Source of the DNA: Prorocentrum cordatum
Taxonomy: Eukaryota
Length of the DNA: 64,000 nt
Direction: 5' to 3'
NCBI GenBank assembly: GCA_963575745.1
Contig: CAUYUJ010000214.1
Location: 248,001 to 312,000, forward strand
Shown: one piece after another, positions 62,551-64,000 of the stretch
Numbering within the stretch: the first letter of the stretch is position 1
Layout of the letters: every line of letters starts with the position of its first letter
The notes under the pieces: generated by a model
What the model was told of the DNA's origin: nothing
The model's database searches: none
What the model saw: only the letters and a program-made list of their open reading frames with translations
Program-made: the position numbers and the translations under genes

Positions 62551-64000
62551 CAGCTCCAGCTCCAGCCCCGCACTCTCCCCCATCATTCTACGCTAGGCGG
62601 ACATGATGGCCAGGCTCGTTGCGTTCCTCGAGAGAAAAAATCGAAAGAGCCGATTCTGGTTGAACGAGCAAACCAAATTGTGCCGCGGACAGGTGCAGAT
62701 AAAGTGATGCAAAGAGACATTAAACGAATAGTGGCCCAACGGTGAGTAACCTAGTTCGCGGCAGTGCAAAGCGGGAAGGAGGTATAATTATAAAGAACTC
62801 GCTCCCACCTCTTCCTCCTGCCGAGCTTGGGCCCAACTAGAGCTGCTCTACGGCCGTGACGGAGCCTGCGTGCGTGACAAGTGGCCCGCACCACAGTGGA
62901 TGGTCCCGCCTTCCTCTGCCCTCCCAAGCTCAAAGCCGCCTGCCCCCCCATGCGGAGGAGAACAACGATCTAGATCCACCTCGCTCCTCCCTCCCCGCCC
63001 CGCCCTGCCAGAAAGGAGGAAACACGAGTCAGAGGAATAGGGGTGAGGGAGGAGGATGGCAGTTGCGTTTGTGTAAGTGTTCAATTCCTCTCTTCCACCT
63101 CGCCTTCCCCTTCGCCCAGATTCCCCGCCCCTGCTCCTCCCACCTCCTCCCCCCGCTCTCTTAGGCCCCGTCCGCTTCCCTCCCCCTTCCTTCTCTTCTG
63201 CCCCCCCTTCTCCGCCTCCCCCATCCTCCCTCGAGGTCCATTTTCCAAGACGTCCCCAAGCCATCTCTCAGGGCGGCCCAAAGCCAGTTCTTGGGTGGGC
63301 GGGTCACAAGTTTCGGCCCAATTTCTTTTCCAGGGCGTCCCAACACGTTTTCCTGGGGTGGCCGAAGAGCCTCACCCAGTGCTTCCCGAAGGGGTGCCCC
63401 AGAGCGGCCCAAAGTATTCCCAGAAGAGGAGGCAGCTCCCACTGGGAAACTTCAGATATACCGTACCAATCTTCCTCTGGGAAACAGGCCCTCACATCGG
63501 GAAGCGATGCGTATCTTCTCCCCTTTTCTCTCCCCCTCCCTTCACCCCCCTCTCCCCGTTTCCGAAAATGTCCAGAGTCCCCCGGAGGTCCCTGGAGGCC
63601 TCCCCGCAGTTCCCCAGTCCTGGCGGCCTCTTGAAGCCCCCGAGGGCTCTCACAACGTCAAGAGCTCGAGTCCTCAGTCCTCGATCCACCTCTCCACCTC
63701 CTGGGAGGAGGGAGGAGCCCGTAGCCGGAGCTGGCTGGCTCAAGCGGGCGCCCATGGGCCACTTCTTTTAGCCCCCGCCGGGGGCCGCGACGGGGGAAGA
63801 TCCGGGCCGCCGTCCTGAGGCCGGAGCAGATGGGGCCGGAGGGCCGTGACGCGTCGTCGATGCATCGGTGGCGCGGCGGTCCTGGAGACCGATCGTCGTC
63901 CTCCTCCTCCTCCTCCTCCTCCTCCTCCTCCTCCTCCTCCTCCTCCTCCTCCTCCTCCTCCTCCCCTCCTCCTCCTCCTCCTCCTCCCTCCTCCTCCTCC

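Noticed and set aside
1..64000. rRNA, tRNA or SL-RNA genes
   Set aside because: None recognised by eye. The SL matches are followed by ORFs rather than an evident SL-RNA intron. A covariance-model scan was not run.

Overview
Eukaryotic, repeat-dominated window. Two relics of the dinoflagellate spliced leader (DinoSL, TCCGTAGCCATTTTGGCTCAAG) and a likely GA-AG intron point to a dinoflagellate; a Prorocentrum-like genome is a guess. Most ORF-track entries are microsatellite or high-GC artefacts. Supported genes, all on + strand: a prolyl-4-hydroxylase-like 2OG-Fe(II) dioxygenase (6962-8141, one intron), an SL-tagged retrocopy of unknown function (14072-15477), and an SL-tagged TPT/nucleotide-sugar transporter (30628-32794) whose 5' part carries three inverted-repeat insertions. 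The rest is decayed LINEs, MITEs, satellites, a ~10 kb degenerate (GAT)n array and a 100-N gap. Two observations stand out. (1) The transporter lies in a ~5.7 kb segment bounded by inverted MITE ends that appears to split one LINE between its RT/Cys-His and RNase H regions, suggesting a composite transposon with gene cargo. (2) Two divergent LINE-like 3' ends each carry an extra, unrecognised ORF overlapping the terminal zinc-finger frame. All alignments were done by eye; no database searches were run.
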